Shown here piece by piece: positions 40,173 through 52,669 of a DNA stretch of 64,000 bases. The DNA comes from Leptogorgia sarmentosa (lineage: Eukaryota). The stretch covers positions 5,394,001-5,458,000 of the forward strand of contig OZ210885.1 in the NCBI GenBank assembly GCA_964658305.1, given 5' to 3'. Within the stretch, counting starts at the first letter, position 1. Each line of letters begins with the position of its first letter. Under the pieces are notes generated by a model, which saw only the letters and a list, made by a program, of their open reading frames with translations, did not search any database and was not told where the DNA came from. A program made the translations under genes and the position numbers.

Positions 40173-41139
40173 CTTCATGTGCAAAAACTTTATCTTCAAT
40201 TTCCTTGTCTTGTACCCAGTCACGGAGTCGGAATAACAAGCTATATCTTCACTCCTACTTGCGGCTTTAATTCGACGGAGTCACGGCCAAAGCTGAGGTA
40301 TTGAATCTTAACACCGAACCCGAAGCACGACCTAATAATAAAACCATTATTTGACATACAGCCATATATATAGAGTTCATTGCATACAAAATTTCACGAG
40401 TATACAAAAATGTAAAATAAAGAATAAACGGTTCGACTTAATAAAGACGAACAAGCCTCAGTAGTCGATCGGAGAAACATGACAAGTAAACATGAAAAGC
40501 TAAAATTTTTGTTTAGTTTGCCTAATTTCAAAATTAATTAAACAAAATTCTCGACGACCACGGTCATTGAGCTATCCGAGACTACTTCATGTCATTATAA
40601 TATAGTTACACAACCTTCAAGAAGGTTTAAATACAATAAATACTGTCTTAGCAATCGCAAGTCTAGATGGCGCAGTAATACAGTTACTGACGTTCCACGT
40701 CATGGTTTGTGGGTTCGAATCTTCCGCTCGCCATTGCATTCGCTAAAGGACAAGGTGCTTTTCACATATGGTCTAGGGCCCGTCAAAGTATAGCCGGCAT
40801 CCTTGGTGCGTTTTGGTTGCCTTAGTAACCTACTGACGATCTACCAGGTGATAACGCTGAGCGGATGGCAGGGACCTTTGACGAAATTCTTTTCGGTTTT
40901 CTTCACCCCCAAATTTTTTTTTTCTTCTTCCTTGGGTATTCTTGCTTCTTAACCCTTTTACAATGTTGGGATGTTGAAAAAAAACGAAGAAAAAATGAAA
41001 ACAAATTTTGCTCGCGATTTACACGGCCCAGGCCCCGTAGGGTGCATTATTCGTATTGGTTTGGGCCAGAGAACTTTTCACTTAAAAACACGTTTTCAAG
41101 ACCTTTATCAAAATTTTAAATTCCTTGGAAAATTGGCAC

Positions 41140-41215
41140 GTCGTGATTGGCTTAGGGCCAAAAGGTAAACAGTGCGCTGATTGGTCAAAAGCGAAATTCG
41201 CCCTTACTATATAGT
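41140..41215 (+). promoter_or_regulatory. Candidate Pol II promoter of the PTP gene (two inverted CCAAT boxes and a TATA-like tatata)
   Basis: gattgg at ~41145 and ~41179, tatatag at ~41208, about 140-200 bp upstream of ATG 41350. Confidence 0.3.
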
Positions 41216-41349
41216 GAGAGCACTCAGTGTAAGTTGAGTGAGACTAACTTCCGCACTATAGGTTCTATGCTTCAAAAATAATTGTTATATGTACTTCGGT
41301 CTGTTTTGTTTGTTCTTACTCAGTTTCTGTTAAAAATCGACCATTAATC

Positions 41350-44300
41350 ATGGGTTCAAGGAGGTGAGTAGTATTTATTTGCGGTATATGAGCAAAAACA
41401 CAATCTTATTTATTTAATTGACTATTTTTATTCCAGATGGTTTCATGCACGGATCACAGGACAAGACGCCGAAACACTTCTTTTAGAGAGAGGATCTGAT
41501 GGCAGCTTTCTCGTGAGACCAAGCCAAAGTAATCCCGGTGATTTTACACTGTCCGTAAGGTAGATGATCCTCCTCGTTTCTGTAGTAAGATACGAGCATT
41601 ATATTGCTCAAGTATAAAGATACCGAAGTGACATAATTATGTAGTTATTATGATAAGCTCCAAGACTTTATTAGTTTATTTAATAACACTGCAGCATATA
41701 CACCTAGATGTTACTCCCTTACCATAGTGTCAATCCAGAGGTGGCAATCATAAGCAAATAATTTTTAGCAACAGTGATGAATTATACAATTCTTAGAGCA
41801 ATATGGACATGACTGAGGCCCCGTCCAACCGTATCCGGATTCGTTAATTGTTATCCGCAAACATTTTGTTGCGGTTACGCTTCGTGTCCACATGCACGTG
41901 TCCGGCGAAAACGCATATATTATACTGTAACCACAAACCCCTGAAAACGGTCTTCGGAGTGGAAATTTTTGAAAACGCAACTAAATAAATCATTGAGAAA
42001 ATAGGTGATGCGCGGCCAGGATTAAACTATATAATGAATAAACAATAAGACAGGAGAAATTACAGGACTAGGAAAACATTAGAATCATGGCACACATCGA
42101 AAACTAAAGACGCGGATAATCGGGAACCAGTCATAAAGTATCTGCTAGGGTGGGCCGGAGTGATTTGAGATGGGCAATGGAAAATATTGAGGCTGTTTGG
42201 ATGTGCTGCTGATTTTTTTTGAAATACCTGGTTCAAAATCCAAAAGTTTGTCTGCTATAATAGAAAAAAATGATTATAAAGACATGTATGCAGCAACCCC
42301 TTACCTTACTACCCTAACTACAGGTACAATGCATCTATATTTTCGAAACATAAAATGTTTCTTCATCTATATTTTCATTATATTTTTCAAACGAATTGTG
42401 GAAATATTAAGCAAATATAAAGCTATGTTAAGGCTAATCCTGCGTTAAAAATGAACCCAGTACTTAATTTAGTTTGTTTATTTCTGCATGTCTGTTTACT
42501 TCAAAACTCCAAAGAAGAAATCTCTCATTGATCCTCACAAGATTTCTGAATAAACGTTACTAAATTAACTGACAAACTGTTGGAGAAATTGCTTTGGGTT
42601 AAATTAATTGGATTTTGAAAAACTGGTCCCATGGCCTTTTTACAAATAAACCGGAGGGGGGAAAAGCCCCTACCCCCTATGTTGGCCACTAGAGTTTGGC
42701 CCCCGTCAAAAGTCCCGTTTTGGCTTAAATTTAGCGAAAATCACGCTACAATTTCAGGAAAGCAAGCCTGCGAAACTCAAAAATCCCCAGACCCGCCTTC
42801 AATGTACATTTTGTTTATCTTTTCTTTATTAATGTATATTTTTTTCCTTCTCGTGCTTACCATTTTCTTATTATTTTGTAAATTTGTAAATCTGTCAAAT
42901 TTGTAGTCCAGTTGTGTGGAAAGTAAATGAATACATCGATACGTACGCAAACAAATTTAAAATTGTTGAATTTTTAACATGAACATTCATAACAAACCAA
43001 ATAGAGAGTACCCCATGGAAGTGCGTTAACGCCTTTTTTATATATCTTGATAGTTAAAGGTGGTGCTTGATAGTGTTGTTGTTGCCTTACAAAAATGGGT
43101 GGGTCACGAAATAAATGCTGTTAGGTTTCATGGGCTCCGAAATTTCTATTGAACATCAAAGGTGGGCCACAAATGACTCCAGCACACCCTAGCAGATACT
43201 TTATGACCGGCTCCTAATTAATTATGTATGCACTTTTATTTCACCCGTTGAAGACTGCAGTCTGGTAGTCGAAAGCTCGTAATAAAAATATTTTTGGTCA
43301 GAGAGCGTCTTATTGTTTATCCATTATAAATAACGCGAACGAGTGAGATATCCTGTTCAACACAAGAAATAAATTTCATATTTCGAGCAATCGTGTAATA
43401 TTCTGTTTATTTTATAAACATTAGTACAAACAAAAGCCAATTCATATAAATAATATATTTTTTAAACTCAAAACAAATGTGTAAGTTATAGTACACAGTA
43501 TAACAATCATTCAGTTACAAATGCCGTCAATGTCTCTTTAAAGGCATATCAAAGTGCAGAAATGTATGTATATAAAACTAGTAAATGAAAAACGAACGGA
43601 AACTGTACAAAGAACATTACAAATTCATAAAGTCGTAGTAAACATAGTCAGATTACGTAGCTAATTGTTCTGACTGTCACCTTGACTGCTGTCGCTACTT
43701 GCCATGTTGATAAAAAATATTTTGACGAAAAACTTTTTGTTTACGTTTTACAACATGTTTTCTAATTGGTCAAACAGATTTCCTACGCGGTTTTTGATTG
43801 GCTTACAAAAATGATATTTTCACACGTAAAAATATCGTATTTTTTACATGTGTTAATAAAATACGATTTTTCTCAATGGCCAAAAACTCTATATGACACT
43901 AATGTTTATAAAATAAATCATATTACTTCCCCATAGACGTGGTGAAGAAGTTACTCACATCAAGATTCAAAACAGTGGTGATTTTTATGACCTTTACGGA
44001 GGAGAGAAGTTTGCTACACTCTCTGAACTGGTCTTGTATTACACTGAAACCAGAGGGCAACTGAAGGAACGAGCTGGTGAAGGTTTTACGTATACTTTCA
44101 AATATCCTTTGAATTCTACCGACCCAACAACAGAAAGGTTTGGGAAATGTGTTTATAGAAAACTTTAAAAAGTCTCTGAATGCAATTTTGTCGTGATTGT
44201 TGTTACTTGTCAGTCGATGATCCTTCCATTTAATACATTAAATCACTGAATGAACATGAAAGCAAAACATAGAAAAAGATTGAAACGTGACACACAGTTC

Positions 44301-47300
44301 TTTGCATTCTTTTTGAGAAATTTTTCGACACGTTCATCTGTCCATCCTGTTGAAAAACCTTCTCCAAAATAACTGTTTTAGAGACTATATATACACTTTA
44401 CAACAATTTTTCCTATTCATCGATAACTGATCACCGAGACTTCAGTATAACTAATTGTTAGACAACGTAATAATTCATTCATGATCATTTCAGATGGTTT
44501 CATGGTCAAATTTCAAGCAACGAAGTGGAGAAAGCTTTGTTAGATAAAGGAAAAAATGGAAGTTTTCTTGTCTCTGAAAGTCTGATCAGACCAGGGCATT
44601 ACACTATTTCTGTTCGGTAGGTTCTAGGACGACAGGTTTCTATGCTGCTGTTTTACTCTGTTCAAGGCCGTCGGAAGCGGGGGTAGGCTGGGGGAGCTTT
44701 AGCCCCCCCAATTATTTTTACATGTACAAAATAAACCAAAACAAAACCAACTCAGACTAGAAAAAATGCGAACCTAATTTAGATTTATTCACGACTCACT
44801 TATTATAATCTTCAGAATTCTAAAAAATCTACTTCCCAAAACGCTGGAAATCGTATTTTCGGTGGTTCTAGATTTCAAAATTTTCTACGGGGGCATACCC
44901 CCTAGCAGCGCTAGACTGCCTTCGGCATTCGCCTAAGTATAATAGTATAGTTTTGCCTCAAAAAGGTGCCACTACAGCCTGTTTCATCCAAGAGGAATCA
45001 TCAGATGGCTGATGATTCCTCTTCGATGAAACAGGCTGTAGTGGCACCTTTTTGAGGCAAAACTATACTATTTGCTCTATCTATATGGTATCGAGCACTC
45101 TTTTGGCAGTATATATATATATATATATAATTATATTGTAGTGAACGGGCTCTCTACGGGCTTTTTACCTCGTTTAGAATCGACGAAAGCGTCACTCATG
45201 TTAAGATTCGTTGCACCAATGGTTATTACGACGTGGGTGGAGGCGAGAAATTCTCAGATCTTAAAGATCTCGTTGAACATTACAAGAAAAGCCCTATGAA
45301 AATGAAATCTGGTGAAATTGTTCAGCTGAAAGTCGTGAGTACAGAGATTTATTTGCGCTTTCTACTCAGCCTGGCCAGTGTGGACGCACAGTCAGAGTAA
45401 CATCACTAAACATTCTTCGCCTGAGTACAATGCAACAACATGAAAAATCATATATTATTATTTATTATTGCTTCGGACTACACTAGATGCTAACAGAGAA
45501 ACGTCAATATATTTTCGGTACTGCAGCCGTTGCAAACGTTCAAACAACGCATAGGTATTAAAAATATCGTCTTCTTTTTACGAACATACAGCCGTACAAC
45601 TCCACAAGAATCATCGCCTCCAGTATTGAGGACAGAGTTAGCGAGCTGTTGAAAGAAAATGGAAACGTCGATGGAAAGGGAGGATTCTGGGAAGAATTTG
45701 AGGTGGGGAGGTTTAATGAACCGTTTTAAGTTGTTCTTCATTGTTAATACCCCTCCGATGTCGAGAGGCGTGGTGTGGCGGGGCATAGGCGTACGAGGGG
45801 GTGGGGCTGGGGGGCTGCAGCCCCCCCCAAATTTTTTGAGAATTCATCTATTCGGGCAAAAATTGTCTTGTCATTCGGGCAGCGACGGTCTGGTGATTAG
45901 ATAAAAATAAAAATTACGCTAGTAACTTTCTCTTTCTCTATAAATCGTAATGAATACATTTAGCTTATAATTGAAATGGCTAGGGACGACCAGTGACGTA
46001 GACAAGGGGGGGGGGGCACGGGGGGGGGGCTCAGCCCCCCAAAAGGCTGAAGGACTGCGCAGTAAAAAGATGAAATCCGGGTAGAAATTAGGGGGGGGAC
46101 GATGACTACCCATGTGACTACCAATCTCAATCCAAACATTTTCACAAATCTCACCCCAGAAACACGCTAAATCGCCATTGATGGACTCCAGATTTCAAAA
46201 TTTTCCCGGGGGAGAATCCCCCCGGACCCCCCTAGATGCCATCGCGCCTTCCGCGTTTGCTTCGCCCCCCCAAAAATGAAGGTCTGGTTACGCCACTGGG
46301 GACGACATATTTCTTTTTATATCAATTTTCAAAGGAAAGCTTTTCATTTATAGTATTCTCAGATTATATAATATTATGATGACGTCACGAAATATATGAC
46401 GTCATGTAATTCGGGCAAATTCAGCCCAGCCCCCCCAAAAAAAATGTGCCCGTACGCCTATGTGGCGGGGGAGGTTCGACTATCGCAGTAGCGCACCGTG
46501 GTCAATGATCAACCTAAGTTAATCTGTCGGTAAACTATTTTCAGTCGGTTTAAGATGCACGTCAAAAAACTTGAACATGTCTGCTGTATTCACGTGAATA
46601 TTTTCATTTGCAGAATTTACAACAGCAAGAATGTAAACATTTTTACAAACGAGAAGAAGGTCGAAAACCCGAAAACAAAGCGAAGAACAGATACAGAAAC
46701 GTTTTGCCTTGTATGTAGCGAGAAAGCTTTTGAATATATTACTTGGAATAACTTAATTCCCATCATAGGGGATCGATGTTATTGTCATTGTTAAGGAAGT
46801 AGGAAGCACACAGTTGGGGTGGGGGCATCTGGTGTAAAGGGAATTTGTCATTGACAAGTCTATACAAAAAAGGACACATTACCCCAAAGGGAAAGAGCAC
46901 TTTCTGAGCGATTTCTAAAATCTTGGCGTCTTTCCGTGTGTTCTTTAGTAGGACCACTTTTTAACATTTTTAGTTGATCATAGTCGCGTGATTCTTGGCG
47001 ATGAGGCGCAAAACGAATCAGGACTGAACTACATCAATGCGAACTATATTGATGTGAGTTGTATTTCTTATGTTAATATATTACCAGTAATTGGAGTAAT
47101 TGGAATCCCGCAAAGTCCCAATTCCATTTTTGACCACTTTGAACCGTGTCTAGCTGTGCAATGTTTTATCAAAGATTAAAACCGTTCCAATTGAAATCAT
47201 TCTTCATTCTAGGGTCTTCTTCAAGGTCACGAGAAACGATATATCGCAACTCAAGGATGCCTTCCCGTCACTGTCGGTGACTTCTGGGCAATGATATGGC

Positions 47301-49605
47301 AAGATAACTCTCGTGTCATTGTCATGACAACCAAGGCAGTGGAAAGAGGACAGGTGAGTCATGGCTGATATTTTTCGCGATGGATGTCTTTATACGTACC
47401 AGAGTCATTTGATTGAGCACTGGCAAATGGTATCACCTATACAGGAACTTGCGCGGCTTGCGCTTAAATGTCTAAACTGAAGTTTCCTCGTTTGACGGAT
47501 TTACTCTTTTCATCCAGTATACGATTTTACCCATCAAGGAACAGTGCTGCTAGTCCTATGTTTGCTCACTTGCAAACCTCGTTCCCAGGGTCTTGATCCT
47601 CGCATCAAGGAACGAGGGTTCGGAATGAGGTTATTGGTTTACTTGTTGATCTATTTATTCACTCTGGCAGACAAAATGTACGCGGTATTGGCCAGACGAT
47701 AAACACATGATGAAAACATTTGGAAAGTACAACGTGATGCTGAAGGAAGAAGAACACACGCCCAATTATGTTTTCAGAGAAATGGAAGTTTGGAAGAATA
47801 CAGATCTAGATGTATACGTGAGTATACATTTGTATGTGCACTTTGGGGAAATTCTGATTTACTTTTTTGATAGTAAGTCAGGATGTTTTTTCGCTACTTG
47901 CACTGGTCATTGCATCTTTTTTTTGTGTATCTCTACAGGAGGTTGCACAACCACGACGTATTTACCAGTTTCACTACACAGGATGGCCCAATTACGGTGT
48001 CCCTGATGATCCCAGCTCAGTCCTCAATACACTCGAGGATGTGAATATCAAGCAAGACCATACTGGAGGCGCTGGGCCCATTGTTGTACATTGCAGGTGG
48101 GGCACTATTGGGATTGGTGGTTTCTGTGAAGGTTATAGTGCAACATAACACAGACACTATCGGTTTACCAACTCAATTTTTTTATGTCGTGTAGTGCTGG
48201 TATTGGGAGAACAGGAACATTTATAGTTATCGATATGTTGCTGCATATTATCAAAGAACAAGGTTAGAATTTTGCTTTTGGGAATTGCGTTTATCTATTT
48301 CTGTTATATGTAAGTCAACATCTGAGTATCAACTAGTGACGCTTTACATAAAGTAAATTTGTCGTGGAAAACGTGCTCATATGTGCGGGGCTTAACTTGT
48401 CAGGAGAACTGCACCATGCACCGTGCAGTTTTGCGTGTTTGTTTGGTAAAAACAATTTTTGTTTTTTTAAAAATTCTTCCAATTCCGTTCAGGGCTGAAC
48501 AGCGAGATCGATATCAAGCAAACTATACTCAATGCTCGAGGACAAAGATCGGGCATGGTGCAAACAGAGGTAGAGCAACTCCTAGCAGCACAATAGTGAC
48601 TTGGAGAACGTCATTCCGTTTATCTAGCATAGATAGTGTGACACTCGGTGAATGAATATCACCTGTAAAATATTGCAACCTGTCGAATGATTTTGTGTTT
48701 TCTTGATTTTCTAGGCTCAGTACAAGTTTATATACAGCGTTCTTCAGCAATACATTTCCGCTGAAATTACTCGGCTGGATCAGACTCGGCCTGTCGACCA
48801 ATCCCAGTTTGAAGTAAGTTGAAGTCTTGGCGAACTATTTTTGCGATAGATATCTTCAACTCTACATTATAATAGATTATGAATCCGTAGATGTGCAACT
48901 CGGGCTATTTCGTGTCCTACGTTTTGTCTTGGATACGTCATAGCCACGCGCGTTTCTGGCAAGTACAAATGCATGATTTAATATAACGGAATTAGTCGGA
49001 AAATGTCAAATAAACGACGATTTTAAGAAAACTTACCGCAAGATTGCCTTCGCAGATATTTATAAAAACAAGTTGTCCTTTATATTTTAAGCAATAAATG
49101 AGCTTATGTTTTTGTCCTGGTCGCTTAAAAAACGGCGAAAGCCATTTTTCCGTTATTGAAAATCGAACAAATGTAGTTGCCAGAAATCCGTGTTGACATG
49201 ACGTAATGCGTAGGACAGCAAAATCGTAGGCAAATATCCCGGGTTGCACATCTATGTATCCTTAATCTATGACATTATGTAGAACACTGAGCTTCAACTT
49301 GCTATCATCGTTTCTATTATTATTGTTTTCATTTCAGCCCCAGATCTATGGTAACCCAAGCTCGCTACATTTTAACGACAAACCGAAACGGCCTATTCCT
49401 GCACCCCGAAATTTCAACAGGTCAGTGAGGTTTACTTGCAAATAAAAAACACTTGAAAATCTCTGCGGAGAAGAGACTTAAGAGTTTCGTGACATGTTCC
49501 ATCTTTTCTAGACCGTCAAGCACTGAGAAAACTGGCGGTTGTTTGCAATCTCCTCAACCTACATGCGCTCCTGCGGTTGTTCCTAGGACAACTAATGGTG
49601 CAAAG
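41350..49605 (+). CDS. PTPN11: SHP2/PTPN11-like SH2-SH2 protein tyrosine phosphatase, divergent paralog; at least 16 exons, reading frame open at a donor at 49605
   Basis: [13 protein letters not shown]...[52 protein letters not shown]...DPTTE|RWFHG...GGFWEEFE|...KNRYRNVLP|...[15 protein letters not shown]...[22 protein letters not shown]...[30 protein letters not shown]. All junctions are GT-AG and phase-compatible. Confidence 0.93.
42123..43214. mobile_element. Non-autonomous TIR element splitting a Penelope-like 3' fragment in PTP intron 2
   Basis: TIR ggaaccagtcataaagtatctgctagggtg / caccctagcagatactttatgaccggctcc. The left flank encodes [13 protein letters not shown] (GIY-YIG tail-like) and the right flank has a decayed TGAAGA...GAAAGCTC motif. 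Confidence 0.6.
44942..45071. repeat. 130-bp near-perfect palindrome containing a hammerhead-like motif (44969-45008, minus)
   Basis: atagtatagttttgcctcaaaaaggtgccactacagcctgtttcatc... is mirrored. The minus strand reads CCAT-CTGATGA-TTCC(tctt)GGAT-GAAA-CAGGCTG-TA-GTGG. Confidence 0.7.
45784..46462. mobile_element. hAT-type MITE with 8-bp TSD, containing a nested second hAT MITE
   Basis: TGGCGGGG|cataggcgtacg ... cgtacgcctatg|TGGCGGGG. Confidence 0.9.
45991..46298. mobile_element. Nested hAT-type MITE with 8-bp TSD
   Basis: GGGACGAC|cagtgacgta ... tacgccactg|GGGACGAC. Confidence 0.88.
48888..49254. mobile_element. MITE in a PTP intron
   Basis: TIR tagatgtgcaactcggg / cccgggttgcacatcta; no clear TSD. 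Confidence 0.6.
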
Positions 49606-50623
49606 GTAATGCTGCTGTTAACGTTCTAAATGCATGACACCGAATGACTTCATCAAATTTTCCAAAAGGTTCCCTATCATCACACGATGTCCCTAAGTGA
49701 AAAAAGCTTAGAAGCCCGGCGTGGAATTTTGTAATTTTTTTAGTGCATGTCCACTCCCACTGTAGCAATTGCAAGAAAATTGAACAAAATTCAAATCCCG
49801 CGCAAACATTGAGTAAATGATTGCCATCATATTTCGCTTGCAGCGAGAGGACAGTCAGTTCTTTGAATATGCAGGTGGTTCGTAAGCTTCAAAAATATAA
49901 AAAATTGCATTACAATTTGGCTAGTGAGGAAAAATACATACCTGGAATGCATGGACAAAATTTAAGATAAAAATATTTAGTCAAAAAGCATGGAAATTTC
50001 AGTTCATGTCCAACTTCGCCAGGCTATATTTACCGACCGTATTTATTTTAGTACATTTGACAGCCAAACTTCGCAATTTTTCTAATTTTGACAACTTTTT
50101 TTGAGGATAGGGCAAGTTGAATCCATTCTTTGTTCTATATAGGGTCTGCCTAAAGATGGCAAAGAACAATACATCGAAATTCAAGAAATATTTGAGACTA
50201 GGGGTCGGTATCATGGTAAGAAATTGTAGGAGAAAGAAGGGTCGATATATTAGTCTATGTTTGTCTTGCCAGAACTACACGGCTGAAACAAAATACAAGT
50301 GAAGGTACTGATCTGGCCTTCTTTGCATCTGTTAAACTGACATGATGTCATTTTACCAAGATCTAAAGTTTTTCAGGGTGCCCCACCCATTTATCCAAAG
50401 CCCAATTGAAAAAATTCCAAACGCCAACCCTGCATGAACCTAGTCGGAACCTCAACAATTTTAACGATATAAACCGTAACCCTGATAGATTCTTTGGTTT
50501 CCTGGCCTGTTCAGTAACTACAGGAACTGGGCCTATCAAATTTTTTTTTAAGTTTTCGTATTTATCATCCGTCATAAGTGCATGATATAAGATAAAATTT
50601 TATTGTACATGCAATATTAATAG

Positions 50624-51836
50624 GAAATCAGCCACTATTGAACACCTCTATCAGCTCACGTGGTCTGCAACCACAACTGACGCCAGATCAGATTACAGTC
50701 CTCTCTACCGACACTCGCTACCTATCCCAAACATTGGTGACAGACTTGGACAACGCCTACAAAATGCAAAGCCAGCCACGGGGCCTGTGCTTGATAATCA
50801 ATAACAAACAATTTGCAGAATCTGCAGAATTAAAGCAGAGAGATGGCTCGGATGCAGATGCTTTAAACCTGCAAAAGCTATTTCTTGCTTTGCATTACAC
50901 TGTGACGGTGCTACACGATACAACAGCAACAGTACTTATGCATAAGATTAACGAGTTTGCGAAAAACCCCGATCACAGTTCACTGGACTCGGTTGTAGTT
51001 TGCATCCTGAGCCACGGAATAGCAGGAAGGATCTATGGTGCAGATGGGGAGCTTATTCCAGTCACAGACATAACATCAGCATTTAATGGGCACAATGCAA
51101 AGCATTTGATTGGTAAACCTAAATTGTTTTTTATCCAGGCCTGTCGAGGAGGCAAGGTAGGGTGAAATATTAACACTACTCATCACAGCAATATGTGCAG
51201 CATTTTAGAGTTTATTATTTTCCTTTGTCCATTCACCAATCACCATGGCAAAAAATTGGCGCATGTACATTTTACCAGAATGCATTGCGGGCTAAGACAT
51301 GAAGCTTTCTAAACTATGATGAGCCCTTCGTAATTTAATATATATAGACTGAAAAAATATTACAAGAAACATAGATAATGGATAAAATTTAGTATGAAAA
51401 TCACTGAATGTCTTCTGTCTGTTCTTCAAAAGTCAGTTGAGCTATTCTTCTCCCTAAGATTGACCATGGTGCAAGCAGAGATGAAGTGGACTTTGGCAAA
51501 GTAACAATTAAAAACACCACTCTAAACGAAGGTGAAGATGAGATTGACTCAGGGGGTAGTCCTGCAGCTTTGGTCCCTGCAGAAGCAGACTTTTTGTTGG
51601 CTTACTCAACTGTCCCAGGTTTTGTTTCATGGAGGAATTCCGAGAAGGGGTCGTGGTTTGTTCAAGCACTGTGTGAGATATTTATGACTTATGCTGGACA
51701 GGAAGACCTCGTCAGCATGCTCATCAGGGTCAATGGAAAAGTTGCACAGGAGTTTCAATCATATAAACAGAAAAAGCAAGTGCCATCTCCTGTTGTTAGA
51801 TTAACTAAAAAAGTCTACTTTTTTCCTGGGCGTTAA
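50624..51836 (+). CDS. Caspase (peptidase C14) catalytic domain in two exons (50624-51156, 51459-51836); no ATG or CARD/DED of its own
   Basis: PRGLCLIINN, RDGSDAD, ILSHG (catalytic His), KPKLFFIQACRG (catalytic Cys), and small subunit ADFLLAYSTVPGFVSWRN..GSWFVQAL...KQVP...LTKKVYF. The first exon starts at a phase-1 acceptor (taatag|ga aat cag) directly after in-frame stops. Confidence 0.93.
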
Positions 51837-52669
51837 CCATAGAAAATTTAATTGGTAAAAGAGCAAGCATTAATGCAACCTCCTTCCCAGGGTCTTGATC
51901 CTCGCTCCCCGCAGAGGAAAGACCCTGGTCGGGGCTGGTCACGTGATACGATGGCCTCAGGGGGTGAGGGGAAAGTCTCGAATTACACTTTTCCACTTGA
52001 AAACGTTACATTTCAATTGCGAAGAGTGAGTATGATTTATGTGTACAATAACTTCAGTGATACGAATACCTTAGAAACATGCTAAAGTAGCTTATTAACA
52101 TTCAAATTTTATACTTAAGAGAACCATCTAACATGAATAAATTTTATTCTACTCAAGAAGAAACGGAGTAATTTGATTTGATATGATCGTGCGCTTCGTC
52201 TCAATATGCTTTATAAATCAATTGTTGCCATGAGTTCAATGTAAATCAATCGTGTTCATTTATTGTTCATCATAGTGCCATAGATTTTCACGCAAAATAT
52301 GTTAATAATGATGTATTATCATTCGAGGAAAAGAGTTTTTAATAAACAGTTAGACTGTGTTTAATACTGAATAGAAACTTCTACCAAGTTCTACCGCATG
52401 CGAATCACTGATGTCAAATGTTACAATGTACTATTGTCATTCATGATCGCTAACAGCATGTAAGTTTACATATTGATCGGCTGTTTCTCTATGATGATGA
52501 AATATATCCAGAAATTAGCCTTCATAGTTCGTGATTAATTGTACGACAAATGTGGTCTGAAACCATTTTTTAGAGAAAGCTTATTTCATGAAAAAAAAAC
52601 ACACCTGATCATATGGGAAATTGATCTCATAGTTACATTTATATTATGAGTTTGATTCGGAGAAAAGTT

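Noticed and set aside
50156..50215. ATG at 50156 as an independent caspase start
   Set aside because: With the strong gtaag donor it ends in phase 0, incompatible with the phase-1 caspase acceptor. It would need the weak gtatca donor, so it is disfavoured but not excluded.
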